The notes under the pieces were generated by a model. That model did no database searches. It was not told the DNA's origin and saw nothing but the letters and a program-made list of their open reading frames with translations. A stretch of DNA of 64,000 nt, taken from Histomonas meleagridis 2922-C6/04-290x (lineage: Eukaryota > Protista > Parabasalia). The position numbers and the translations under genes were made by a program. Below, piece by piece: positions 12,601 through 27,450 of this stretch (positions are counted from its first letter, which is position 1; every line of letters starts with the position of its first letter). The stretch spans positions 1 to 64,000 of the forward strand of contig JAANOX010000032.1 of NCBI GenBank assembly GCA_020184695.1, given 5' to 3'.

Positions 12601-15600
12601 AAAATGAGTTGAATAAATTATTTTAAATATCCAATTTACATTTTTTAACTTCAATAAATTATAAAATATTTCAATCACATGGTTATGTTGGTAGAATATA
12701 AATGGTTGGTGATAAATTTTTCTCTTTATGATCGTTGTTCTTTGTATATTTACGAACCGTTTATTACGTTGTTTCAAGTTCTTCAATGAATAACAGCGAA
12801 AACGACAAGCCTGTGCCATTTCATACAACATTTTACAGACATGATATATCTCAATGGGGTGGGAAGTCTTTTTATGATGCTAATTTAAATTTAAACAAGA
12901 TCAATTCAAATCTGAAAAAGTCGTGGTTTTTCTTCTAATTCAATAAATCGGTGTATAAGCATAAACACAAATGTGGGCCAGTAACTACACCTACAAGTTT
13001 AAAATTCATCTTATAAATCAATAATCAAACTTATTCATAATATTAAATACGACATGATTTGATTCATTTAAATTATATTCTAAAAAGCATATGCTATATG
13101 GGATTATGAATTTAAAAAAAAAAAAAAAATACAAGAAATAATGCAGATCATGTAAAAAAAAATAATTTAAAAAAATTTTTTTTTTTATAAAACAACTCTC
13201 GCCAAAAAATGTTTGATAATATTATGTTATTTCTGTTTTCATTACTCAAGTTTCTCCATATAACCTTTCAAAAATCCTTTGATCCTCTTCCTCCTGTTTC
13301 TCTCACAGAAAGGTCTGTTCCATCAGGTTCTGTTTTGTTGTGTCTTTCTCGTATTCAACATCATCAAGTTTCGATTGCAGGCAGTAGCTTAGGATCATCA
13401 AACTTACGATCACTACACCTTGGATGTGCTTCAATTGGTTTACAAGGTAACTTTCCCAAATTTGGAACTAATTATATGTGTAATGCAAAATTATTTTCCA
13501 TATAGTTTCTGGTTTGAATCAATTCTTTGGGTAATACTTTTCTCTATCCATACTGAGTCTTTTTGTTCCTGAGTTGATAATTCTTCTGTATGATCACCAA
13601 GATAAGCATGAAATTTCCTTTGTTTATGCTTTGCTGTTTTCCGAGAAAAGTTAAATGGTTCACGCTTTTGCTCTTTCTCTTTTACAGATGTTTATCAACA
13701 ATTGTTCACACGAAAGAGTTTTTTTTTATGTTATTTGCACCTTCTGGGTAATAATAAGTTACTGTTGCTTTATTCAGCCTTGGATATATAAAATTAAAAT
13801 CTTCTATTTCGGATATTATTTAAGAACTCCAACTTTCTAACAAAAAGCACTATTTGAGCAAGTGTTGGCATGTTCGATGAACCTGGTGATTACCACGAAA
13901 GATTGCAGGTGTGGTGGTTTTCCTTTGGAGTTTGTTTCCCATTTGAGGAAGACGTTAATTCAATTTCAGTTTGATGAAATCAAACACCAAAAAGCACAGA
14001 ATACCAGATGATAATGAAAATATTAGTCTTCTGTAGATCAATCGAAGAAAGTGATGAAAGTGATGATGATGATGATAATCCCAATGGATGAAGTGACTGC
14101 TTTCAGTTACGTATAACTCAATTAGCACTCAGAAGTAGTCTTGACAGTCACGGGTAAAGGCATGTACCAATTTACAACATCTCAAGCAAAAAAATTAGAT
14201 GAATCACAAATGACATCTTTTACAGAAGTTTCTGTTTGGACTCTAACCATGACTTTTTAATAACCTTGTTCATTTGTTATTCTCATTTTCTATCCATTTC
14301 ATACAATCATTCATTTGTATATACAAACAATTTTGTGCAAACACAGATCAAATTGTTTGGTTGTTCATGTTTTGAGACGTTGTTAACTTTATGTTCTTGT
14401 TTAACTATTTTTCTGATATATTTTGATTTTGGATTTAAGTTATTCTGTATCATTTGTGTTATTGCATATATTTGCTAATACTTGTTTTGGGGTACCAAAC
14501 ATTTGGTTCATATTGTGAGTCTTTTTCAAGTATTATGATTATGAAATTTTGGTCAATTTTTCGATTGTCTCCAATTTTGTGCTTTATTTAATCTTCCTTT
14601 GTTTATTGATTGTTTGTCAACCAATGTTTTGTGTGTTGTATGTATTTCTGTTCCTTTTTGGTTATATATTATAAAAATCTATGATCTGAATTTGTTCATT
14701 TAGATTTCGTTTTTGGAGTGTTTTCAACTTTGTTTTTTTTGATAGAACTGTTAGTGTATGGTAGTAAGGGATTCTGAAGATATTTTCTTTTATTTATTAT
14801 TAAACCTGGTTCATTATTATGTAGATTATGTCTACCGTTTTATTGTATTTGTGTCAAGCAATGATTTGAATGATAACGTGAATTGATAAAAAGTTTAATA
14901 TTAAATTGATCGTTGAAGGAAAATAATAGAAAAGAAAGTGTTGAATAAAGAAAAAAAAATGAAATTAAAGGACTTTGAAAATAATAAATCAAAAATATAT
15001 CAGTTTTGGCTATCATCGCGATAAGAAAATCATGAGTAATGAATGGACATAGGTAATTTTCATGATTAATCTGTGAAGTAATTATATATGAAAGTTAAAA
15101 ATTGTATTAGTCTATATTAATATATTTTTACGAAAAAATTTTACTGTAGAATTAAGAGTCTGTTTATGTCTTTTTAGCTATTAATCTTTTATTTTTATTT
15201 TTATTTATCTTTTAACATTATAGTAGTAATAATTAAGTAGTAGGGTAGAATTTTGCTTCTGGTTGTGAATATTATTTGTTGGTAAGGTGTTAGATGATAT
15301 TTTTTTTTATTTGGTAGCTTAATTAACGTGTTAAAATTGAACATAGATGGAAAACATTCAAACTTTAAGTGTGGATATCATGACTGGTTGTAACATTCTT
15401 CTATTTTATATCTTTGTAAGATTTGTTCTATCTTTTTAATATTTGACTATACAAATAAATATTCTTTTGAAATGGTATATGTCAGGTTGAATCCAACCAT
15501 TTGAGTTGATTGAAAGTGTTTTGTTATTTTTAGTTATAGTGATTTTGATATGTCAATTAAAGTTCTGTAAAAGATGTTTATGGATATATCTAGAGCAAAC

Positions 15601-18600
15601 AGTAATATGTGGAAATTTCAATTAGGTTGTGAAGATTTTTGTAAAATGTTTATGATAGTAAATTTTTGAAGAAAGGAAAAATTAGGTTGGAGAAACATAA
15701 ATTAAAATATTTTTAAAAGAGACTTATTAGGGGGAAGAAAGAAGGCGCATTTAGAGACTTTTAATTAATAAGCATTTGAAAAGTTGATTATCAATATACA
15801 AGGTTTTTGAAAGTAATGTGTAATAATAATGATTTTATTCATCTGTTATATTATTTATTTGAATAACTAAAGTTTGGTCATTCAGTTTTGTAGATATGCT
15901 AAATTTGTAAAACACACTCATTAAAAGGTTTGCATCTTCTATAATTCATATAAGAAATAACAAAAATTTGTTTTTATTAACTTTTTATAATAGGTGTTTG
16001 GGTGTGTGTTGGTACTGTGTCCATCTTTGTGTACTAAATCCTCAATTTGTCTCACCCAGCAGAGTTCAATCAGCCTTACCCGAAGTTTGTTGAGTCAACT
16101 CAAAATATTCTGATCGTTTGAAACATTGCTTTTCAAAACATCATTTGGACTTCTAGACATGTTTGTTGAATATGATTAAACCTTATTATGTTCTTAATTT
16201 CAAGCATTTCGTATCTATGTTTGCAAAATTATACCCACAAAGTTTATTCCTTTATTTTTAAGAATTATGAAAAGTGTTAACCGCTACCTTACAGAATTTA
16301 TTACTTTCGTTTAGTTAAGTCCGTGTCTCATCGCGTTTGGCACTAGTGGTGCAAAAACCATTTCGATGATACATTCTGAAGTTTTCGGATTTGCAAAAAA
16401 AGGTATACACAAATTCTGTAGTTCTATGTTATCATGTAATTATCATTCAGGTATATTCAGACAATATTACTTTCAACAAAAAATGTGTTTCAGTCTTCCT
16501 TCAACATTTATCTTATTGAAACCATACACTGAAGATTGCTAAGTCAATGGTTTAGTTTTTGACAACAAACAGGATGCATGGATGGCTATAGTTTAATAAA
16601 AAAATGAACTTTCTAAAATTGGAGTGGTATTTTCGGGTTGGTGATCCACCATTGGATATGTATAGAATTCTTCAAATAATGGCTGCTTTTGCGATCAAAC
16701 TAGGTTGATGCACATAAAAACAGACAAGAAAATGCATGGAAAAATATATTGATATTAGAGGTGGTTTTGAAGCATTTTAAACTGTCCTATCTGTGTGGTT
16801 GAATGTGATTAACTTAGTAAGAAAATCCAAGTGATAGAGGACAAAAAATGATAAAAATAAATGTAGTAATGTTGAGAGATATACTTATGTTTGCTTAATA
16901 AGCACTCTTTCCAAACCTTAGTAACAAGTTTGAATGAAATTTTTTGATTTTGAAGCTTATTGTAGAAAAGCAATAATAATGTGTCAACTTGTCATCTAAA
17001 TTACAATCAGAAAGTTCCTTGTGATGAACACTTGTATAGCACTTTGGAGTAATTCTTTCAACTTTGGTAAAATAAATTATCCAATCATATAATTACGTGG
17101 AATGCTGAGACAACAAGTTAAGAATCATGTGGCGCTATCATTAATTTGTAACTTGTGGTTGCTTTTATTTTATGGATATCATTTTAGCTTTAATTGTTTT
17201 TGTTTTAATAATGTCTTCTCACATCTATATTATAAAATATCAACATCAACTATTAAATACTACTGAGAAAATAACCCAATGCATAATTTTGAGATTTGAT
17301 TCACATGACTCTTACCTAAACCCCATTTATTATTTTTTAATGAAAATAATTGTATCTTTTAATGATTAACGTTTATATAATAAAATGTTTATATGTTTGT
17401 ACTTGTTTCATTCAGTTCCTCCTGGATTTGCATATTCAGCCTGCTCAAGAAGCTGTCATTCGCACTAAAATAAAACTGATCTAATTTCTTTTCAAAGTCA
17501 ATTCTTTGAAAATGTGGGAACACTCCACCATCTTCTGTAAGGGTGAAGAATCATGCAAAGAACTGGGACCTCGCGAGACAATGCTCAGATGTTACCATTA
17601 CTCAAATGAACTCAAGGTTGATTATCAAGTTGCTGTGAGATCTCAGATTACATTCTGGATGTACTTCAATATATTGCGTTTAGAGATTTGCAGACCGAAA
17701 CTATGAAATGCTATGTGTTTATAGGAGTAGCTGTGCTCGATCTCATGAAATTTGTTAAAACAATTTCAAATTTATTTAAAAATATTCAGTGAGCAATATC
17801 AGTTCAAATTACAGCGGCGTTTATTATTCTCAATTATTCATGTAAACGGGATCCTAGTTCCTCAAGTGTTAAGGAGTGAGATTCATAAATGAAATTCATC
17901 ACATATGATAAATATGTCAAGTGTTTTTGAAAGCTTGATAACGATAAAATTTGTTTCTTATTATCTATCTCTAAATTCAACATGTCTAGTTCATTAAATA
18001 TAGTATAAATATTCAAAATTTCATTTTTATTTTGTGATATCACAAAGACATATTTATTAAATATTAAGAAAATATCAAACAAAAGATATTTCTTGGTTTA
18101 TAATTTAATCATAAGTGGTTAAAGTTGGCTATAACTTTTAAACTAAATTTGTTGAATTTACTCTTAAACTGGAAAATTGGCAAAATGTCAAATTACTATA
18201 ATGTAATTTAACTTTTGAATAATAAGAAGCTTTTGTTATTCTTTTTCTTATTTCACAAGTGTCTCTTTTCTTTCCTCTTCTAATCAAGAAAATTTGTTTG
18301 TGTCTAATACCAGGACATGGTTAATTTTGAACCACATTTCAAGTCAACCAATGTTTAGAGACGAAACAAAACATTATCTGTTGTTGTTCAGTACCTTTGA
18401 CATTAAAAGCCTGTTATTTTTTATTGTTCAACGTTAAATATCTTCATTCTTTTGTTGGCAATTATTTTACATAGACACAAAAAAAGTCTTCTCTAGGCGG
18501 ATCATCTCCATTCTGATAATTCACAGGATGCAATAATTTAGCAATTGAAACATAACGTGGAATAGTTTGTGAATTTTCTTGAAGTATCTTTTTTAAATAT

Positions 18601-19711
18601 AGATTAACATTTTTTGTCAATATTCGTTGCCACTTTTAAATGCCATTCAAGTTTCCTAATTTAAAAGGGATTTAAAGATTAACACATTCAATTATCTTTT
18701 ACTGTTTAAAGGATTTTGAATTGGTTATCTTTGAAAAAATAATAAAATTGAAAGTACAAATGTTTTAAATTAATTCTATAAAGGTTTCTTTTAAAAACAA
18801 TATTTTAAAATGTATTTACAAAATATTCTTTTTTGATTCTACCTCAATTTTTTTTGTTTGCAACATAAATTTAATTATTACAGTAACATTTTGGTTTGAT
18901 TCTACAGGGTATGTTGATGTTTGTTTAATTAACATGGATGGCATGTAATTGATTCCATATTCTGAGTTTTGCATTCAAGGACAAAATCGTTGCGAAAACA
19001 CCATTGCAGGTCCAGATCAAAATTGATAACAGGTGTGTGATGAGTTCCCATTAACATCAGTTTGATACAGGTTCTTGAAAAAACCTACTAAGAACATTGT
19101 ATTAAGGTGTTATGAGAAGTTTTAATGCCGGTACAAAAATTTACTATTTAATAAATACTAAGAAATTCATCAAATAGTTGCATTTAGGTATCTATTAGTC
19201 GGCAAGTGATTTAACCCATATTAATAACGTATGGTAATAATAACCTTTATTTTTCTGAGTGTTATTGATGCTCCTTTGATCATATCTTTCATTAATCTCA
19301 ATTTGATTACCATAGCATTTTAATAAAAATATCATTTGTTGTTGTGTTTTGGATAACAGTATTTGAATATTAAAATGTTATATATGGTATGAAGATATAG
19401 GAATATGTTTCTCTTGACTCCATAATAATTCATATAACGAAGAATTGAAATTGAAAAACTACTGTTATTACTATATGATATAGTTGAGTATATGATTTAA
19501 CAGTAACATGGGTACATATAAATATGCTCTGCTCAAGCGATGAACACAGAAAACATGAAATTTAGAATTTTCATCATCAAGTAAAAAAGATTCTTTTACG
19601 TGTATGACAAAAATTCGTATTGATATTTGGATATGGGGAAGGTGAAACCAAGTATCCAAAAACAAGTCCAATGGCCACATATAAATCGTTCATTAAAACA
19701 TTTCGTTGTTT

Positions 19712-19748
19712 ATACCTTAATTGAAAAGAATTTAATCAACTAAGGTAT
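19712..19748. other. Apex of the giant palindrome: 13-bp stem with 11-nt loop
   Basis: ATACCTTAATTGA (19712-19724) pairs with TCAACTAAGGTAT (19736-19748) at 12/13 positions. The loop is AAAGAATTTAA. Confidence 0.85.
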
Positions 19749-20199
19749 TATATGTGTGTCCATTTGCTGAATACTTGTTTAGTTAATGTAACTTTTTTCA
19801 GTGTGGCAAAGCAACAATAGTATTTCCAGAACATTATATAAGATCTTAGACACGATATTTGCTCAGTCACCGAATATCATGTGTGCATGCACATGTATAA
19901 AGATCTTCCAGTGATGAAAAATTTCAGTTGCTATTTTCTTGTGTTCATTCTTAAAACAGATATTATGTACTATACTGTGCAAATCATATATCAACTATAT
20001 TTCATATGTTAACGTGAATGAACATAATTTTATTCTGATATAATTGTAATGAGTCAGAAATATATTCATATATTTCCCTTATATATATGAAATATTTCTT
20101 ATTCAAACATTGTTATCAAATCTTATACATGGCTGATATTTTTATTAAAACAGGTAATCAAACCCAATGATCAAAGTCATCATCAAATGTCAGAAAAGT

Positions 20200-23000
20200 A
20201 ATTATGTTCTGTTGTTATTATCTTGAAAGTTAAATCACAGCAATAAATGATATACTACCTCTTCAGATGACCTAACAAGTGTCGAAAAAAGAGTACTGTT
20301 GCATTGAAACTCCTCAAGCTGCAATATTCGATGATGTAAAATGTTAAATTTTCAAGAGAACTCATATCATCTGACTATCGGAGGCTCTTTGTCATTATCG
20401 AGATTTTATTCGAGACCCACAATTATCGTTTTCAGCAAATCGTGCGAAGACAAAAAAAAGCACAAATTAGAATTCAATTATCTTGTCTGATAAGTTTGAA
20501 GGCTGTACATATAATGTGCGATTCAACCTCATCTGCAATATCGTCAGTGTTGTTAATAAAAGTGTGAGCAAAACCATTATTTTGTAATACTCTGTGGTAA
20601 ATATAGTATTTTTTAAAAGAAACCTCTATAATCAATATTAAGTACAAATACTGTTGTTTTTCTTTGGTATATGAACTTAATTAAATCAATCATAAAATGG
20701 GCGATATTAGAATGTAAGAATCTTTAAGTCATATAAGTAGGAAGTTCCTAGTGGCTGACACCCCAAAAAAAAAGTGACTTGTGTGATCTACTATTTTTGG
20801 TAGTGACCTGATGAAAATCACCAATCTTCAAGTGGTGTTTATATGTTTGTTACAAATGTTTAATCAAATTACCAGAAAACAGTTCAAGCTCTGATTTGCC
20901 CATGTAAAATATTAAGTATTCAAAACAATAAATCTTCACTGTACAAGTGCCCAGCAACTTCTTTAATACCAAAGAGAATGTTTCTTAATGAATAAATGTT
21001 TCTGCACCAGTGTTGAGATTCGAGTTCATGCCAATCCATGTCTCCGGCAAACGATGGCTGATAAATCTCTCTGAGGAAGAAGGCAGTGCGAAGAAAATGA
21101 TCAAAGTTTCTTAATATAAAACAGAACCATTACCTGTGAATGCGATGTTACTGTAATTTACATTGATCTCAAAATCTAAGTAAAATGGTTTAAAAGTTCG
21201 CAACCAATATTCCATATGTTGGCATTTCATGCTATGTATTGCTGATTTTGTTCTTAATATTATAATAATCGTCAATTCTTGTGATATCACACAACAAAAT
21301 GAAATTTGAATAGTTTATATATCATATTTCAATGAACGATATCTTGGCAAAATGATCGAAACATTTACATGCTTTCAAGTGCTGATATTATCATATGTGA
21401 TGAGTCTTCATTTGCAGCCTGCAATTTTAACATTTCTTGAGAATCTTGGATCTGCCATAGAATTATAGAGGAGTCAACCTGAAATCTGCCAATTTGGACT
21501 GACATTGCTCATCTTCGAAAATATTTTAAATAAATTTAAATTATTTTATCGAAGCAGCAGATTATGTTGAAACGTTATAAACTGCATATGAATCTATAAT
21601 TCCTGATCTCAATCTAACCAGCAATATGTCTTTGAAGTACATCTGGACATTCAAGTTAAAAAGCAACTTGATAATCGCTCTTTGAGTTGTTATATGTTAT
21701 AGGCTGTCTGTTAATATCTCGCGGAAGAATTTCTTTAATAATCGTTGCAGATTTGGGAAGTTCTTCAGCATGCTAGTGTCAATTGAAAGAGAATTGGTGG
21801 TTTTTGCCGCAGAGAATGTTCGCTTTTTGTGTCTTTTTAAAAATGAGGGCAAGTCAGGAGAATCTGATTTATTCGACTTTGCTTCATTACAGCACATCTC
21901 TTTTCCCATTCACTGGAAGTGTTTGTCTCTCACAGAAGACGACTAATGGAGTTTAAGGCTGGGTGTGTGTGATCCTTCTAATGCAAATTAAGCACATTTG
22001 GAATTATCTCAGTAGTATTTTGAAGAAAATGATGTTGATGTTTTATAATATAGATGTTTGGAAATATATCATGAGCAAAACAGAATAAGCAAAATATTGA
22101 TCTGTATCTGTAACACATTTACAAATTTGATGATGCTTTGATGTGCGACTAACAATAACAAGGCAATTCAATCTGATATAACGGTGGATCATTTGTTACC
22201 TGCCAAAGAAAGACCTTAAACGTGGGGGCGTTCTTTGTTTTACTAATTATCGTTTTGATAGTTAATTTAATCATGTCATGATAATAGCCACCATCTTCAG
22301 ATCAAGAATTTCCATTCCAAACTGTTACTGAAAAGAGTTGCAGTGCGTTTTACTGTGCTGAGTACAAGTCGACATTGCATCTCTAATATATTCAATACTA
22401 TCGTGCATTAACCGTCGCCCGATTTCTTACCAACTTGAATCTACATTCGGCTACACAGGTAAGTGCTAAAATGAACCTTTCTAATAATTCACGATGTATT
22501 CTTTTCGGCGCGTTTAATGCGCTAAAGTCCCTGTTTATGATCTCAACCTATCTTGAAAGCTATAACGCCAACAGACAAAATATAATATTACCGATACGAA
22601 GGTTGTTGTTTTTATTGCATTCCCCATAATCCATCCATTGTTGGCGTAAAAACGGAATCGTGATGGCACTTCAGTATGGTAACAGATAAATGTTCGAAGG
22701 CGATCAATAATTTTATTGTTAACTCGAGCTGCCAGTATGTCTTATATAGAAACCTATTTAAATTTGTGTAATCTGAAATCGAAAACTTCTATTGAATGTC
22801 AGTGCAGTTTGCATCAATTTATACAAAGTTAAATGACAATGAACAGTAATCGAATAGAACAATTCACAGTGTTCATGATTATTTAACATTCTTCATGAAC
22901 ATACAAAATAAGTGATCGAAAATTTGCAAAATTGTGATAATAATGCTGAAAACGCTGAACATATGTTTAATTTGATCTTCAGCTGTCTGGTCTCAGTGTG
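20200..23000 (+). pseudogene. Possible BspA-like (TpLRR/LRR_5) protein, heavily corrupted
   Basis: Scattered remnants of the IPxSVTxIGxxAFxxC pattern: ATTCCAAACTGTTACTGAAAAGAGTTGCAGTGCGTTTTACTG at ~22,315-22,355, IICDESSFAACN at ~21,385-21,425, and GAFN at ~22,505-22,520. No continuous ORF. Confidence 0.3.
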
Positions 23001-26000
23001 TTTTAGTGTGTTTAAGCAGATGAAGGATTTTCAGTTGGATCAATAACTTTTCAGTTCATATTGTTCAGTGCTGAGTAGTTAGTGAGAATTTACGAAAAGA
23101 TGACACAAAAAAACCCCAGCCACAACACTAGGCTTTTTGGTTAATAAGGCAAATTTTGGTTATAATCTATAACAAACTTTGGTAGTATGTGCTTTAAGAT
23201 TTATTCAACAAACTGAAGTATTCAAGCTGGTATTCAGCTAAATGTCTGTGAGATGAATACATCCACATTATTTATGCACATTATTTCAAAAAACCTTGAG
23301 CTCCATCTTTTTCTAAATGTTTATTAATTAAAGTCTATATTAACTTCTCCTCTTCTTTCACTTAATAAGTCTCTTTTAAAAATATTTTGTGTTATATTCT
23401 TCAAACTAATTTTTTCTTTCTTTGAAATTTTACTTCATCATAAACATTTTACAAAATCTTCACCAGTACTAATGTCATATAGTGTGTATTAGGCTACTCA
23501 AACTCCATATTATCTTTTTATGAAACTTGTGTGTGTTGGCCTACAATCAAGTGACACTTCTCAATCATTGATCAAATGGCTAGTTAGCTCATTTATATCA
23601 CTTTCAAAATATTTATTGTATAGTCAAACTATTAAAAGGTGAATCTGTAAGATATAAGCAGAGATAAGCCACACTGTCTCTGAGACAGCTCACATATAGT
23701 TTGGTTGTTTTCTATCTCATGTTTGGTACAACTGATGAAGCACCAAAATAAGAAAATTTATCGTCTCTACTTTTCCAACAGTATAATTATTCATAACCGA
23801 GAAGCAAATTACAATTTGAGCAGTTTCTGTGGCCTGACATTTATACGTTAATCTGGAGGAAATAAAATAAGTAACAAAAAAAAGATGAATGTAACAAACG
23901 AACAAACAACAGTACGGTAAGCCACTTTATGAAAAAATATCGTATGAAACATTTACTAACACGACTGAGCCTCGTATTTATTAGCACATCGATAACTATT
24001 CACTATATCTGTTAAATCTTCATTGTTCTTTAACTGTGCAACTCTAGTTATATTTTGATTTATTATTTTGCTGGTTCTTTCATTTCATTTCGTTTTCTTT
24101 TTATTCATTGTTCTTTCTCATTAATATACTTCAACGTCTATTGTTATGGTAAACGCATCAATTACGTTATCGTCAAGTACTGCTGACCGTTATCAATCAG
24201 AGCAGCAGTGATCTATTCGCGATGAGCGACGAGTATAATAGTGAATGAATGTACCTTTCAGAGAATGCTTACACTGGCATCGCCATCAGTGAATTCTCAA
24301 TGCTGGTATCGAAAAACGAAGTACCAAATGAGCAAGCCCGATGATGAGTGCCCATAACTCCGAAAAGAGATGAAAGCCCATAATGACATCGGCAATGGTT
24401 AATGGCGCAGTCATTAAATGAAGTGATGACCGACAGAAGTAATCGCAAGAATTGAAGATGGTAATCGAAAAATTGTTCAAAATACGTAACTCATTCAATC
24501 TTCGAGCGATCAAGATGTGTTCGTAACGTTCGGCAAACAATGAAGTTATTATTATCGTTAAGGTAATCAAATAAATGATATTAAGAGAATTGATAAATCT
24601 AAGATCGAAAATTATATCGGTAAAATGGTTAAATTATAAAGCTAACAAACGTCTCGAAAAACACAATGAATACTAATCATTTGATCTAAAGCCAGCAATG
24701 TACTGTTAATATTGAGGACAATGTGGGATGTTGATAACAGGTGAATGAAAAATCGGCGAGCTCTTAACATAAACGACTATCGAGGTCATGGTTAGAAAGT
24801 CTCAAAAGGCACGAACTTTCTATCAAAGATATTGTGATTCAATTGATCTTGAGATGCGTTGTAAATTTAGCATGCACGCTTTACTCGTGAATTGTCCAGA
24901 TTATCTTCTGATACTGATTGGAAAAGCTCAATATCATTAAGTGCTTCACTCATCATGGATTATCATCATCTCATCATCACTGCATCCCTTTCTTCTTCAT
25001 CATCATAAGAAGACGAATATTCTTCATTATCATCTGAGTATTCTAATACTTTACCTTTGGTGTTTGATTTCATCAACTGAAATTTGGTTTAACGTCTTCT
25101 CAAATGGAAATAATAAGGAGAAAGTAATCATTTTCACTTTCAAATCTTTCTCATAGTGTCTGAACTTACCTGAACATACAACCTTTGTTGAAGGAAAAGA
25201 AGCATCAAATTGGTCTTTGTCCAAAAGTTGAGTTCTTACCTTATCCAGAAACTGGAGAAGATTTAATTTTATATAATCCAGGCTGAATAAAGCAGCAGTA
25301 ACTTAATGTGCAGAAGGTGCAAATAGCATAATGCAAACAAGATGGTTCATTTGGTATCGACATCTGTGATTGAAGAGCAAGCGTGAACCGTTTAACTTTT
25401 CTCTTTGGAAGAGCAACGGTATAAGCAAGGAAATTTCATGCTTATCTTGGTGATGCTTGAAGAATATCAATTCAGAGCAAAGACTCAGGATATGGTTATG
25501 AGAAAAGTATTTTCCTAGAGATTGGATTCAAGAAGTCAGAACTATAGCAAAATAAAATTGCCGACTATTCACAGCAATTTGTTCCAAATTGGAAAAGTTA
25601 CTCTTGTAAAACCAGTGAAGCATCCTGAGTGGTGATCATGGGTTTGATAGTCACGCAACTACTGCTCTTTGTCAGGAGAACTTGGGCGTGATGTTGAATA
25701 TCTAGGGAAGACATCTTAACAGACAGGATGGAACAGACCTTTTTCTGTGAGAGAAACACAGGAGGAAGAGGATCAAAGGATTTTAATGTATGAAAGGTTT
25801 ATTGACCAAGAAAATAATCCTGAAAGTAATGAAAACAATGAAAATAAATAATATTATATTTTAACATTTTTTGGCGAGAGTTGTTTTATAAAAAAAAAAA
25901 TTTTTAGATGTTGCTTTCTATAGATCTGTATCTTTCTTTGTATTTTTTTTTTTTTAATTCATAATCCCATACCTGGCATATGCTTTTAGAGAATATATTT

Positions 26001-26899
26001 AAATGAATCAAATCGTATCGTATTTAATATTATGAATAGTTGATTATTGATTTATAGATTGAATTACAGATTAAGAAGTCACAAAACCCATTTTGTAACA
26101 TTTGTCTTATTTATATATATATTTAAGTGTTAATATTATGAATTTCATCTATCTCATCTTCCTATACGTTGTGTTGTGGAATGTGATCGCTAGCGAATAT
26201 GTGATCTTTGTTGCTCTCTGCAAAATTGCTGTAGGAAATAACTTGTTGACCACCTTGAAAATGAATACCAGTTTGTTGTGGTCACTTCTGGTTCTCACTT
26301 GTGGACACCATGAAATAGTATTTATATTGATTGTTTTATTGCTGATTAACTACTATGTCGATCGATATTCTGTACTAGATCTCGTATATTGATGGATCTC
26401 AAGGGGATCAGGTGAACTTGAAGAGTTATTAATATTATGTTATAGATTAATATTATTGTTATTGAACTTTGAACATTACTGCAATATGAATCTGATATAC
26501 AAGCTGTTGGATATTAGATTTATATTTCACCCATCTTGTTGTTTTCTTTTATACAATTTGTGGGTGAAGAAAAACCACGACTTTCGAATGAATTATTCTT
26601 GTTTTTAAATTTAAATGCTTCATCTCGAAACCACCCGAACCATATATGTCTATGAAATGTATGTGAAAATAGCACAGTATCGTGCTCATTAATAATTCGT
26701 GAAAACTAGGCTGTTCGGCTACATAACATTTGCGTAAATATAAAGAGGTGCCAAGTATTTTTCTATCTAGCAGAAAATTACTATTTGACTCAAATCTTCA
26801 TTTTATTTACATAACAATATCATCTGTTCAATATATTATATTCATTAAGTTAAATGATAAATGAATCATTTAACATATTCTTCTTAATCATTTTTTGGT

Positions 26900-27450
26900 A
26901 TTACATAATTCTTTCGGTTACTCGTTCATCTGTTCTTCAAAAACTATGCTGGTACAGGTCAGACATGTACTGTGTGTGTCTCATGTTTCTCTTCTTTATT
27001 AACTAGTCTGACAGACTGTGGCACATCAACAAGCGATCTTCTCATCGCTGCAGGCCATCTGTTGGTTTGGACTCCTTCCTGTGAATGTGTGGGTACTGTG
27101 CCCTCCAATAGCTGAGTTCTTTGCCAGTACTGACGGGCTTTGTTTGTTCCACCAACACCAGCAACCCTTGTTGGTTGGTGGATAAAATTATCATGGAATA
27201 CTTAAGGCCATATTTGGTGAATATATTGTTATTCTCAAAAGCACCAATTATTTATCGACTGCGATCAAGTATAATCATTTTCCGAATGGTAAGCCTATTC
27301 GAACTGTGTGAATTTGTTCACTTAATACCGGCGAGCAACGTGTTGAACTACGGACGTATATGTGAAAAAGTTCAAACTGGTAACGATGGTGCGATTTGTG
27401 ACGAGAATGATTTCCCCACCATTATTCAAAATTTGAAGATTTGGTTTGTT
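26900..27450 (-). pseudogene. Mirror copy of the FG-nucleoporin-like segment
   Basis: Reverse complement matches 12,050-12,600 with heavy noise. Confidence 0.45.
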
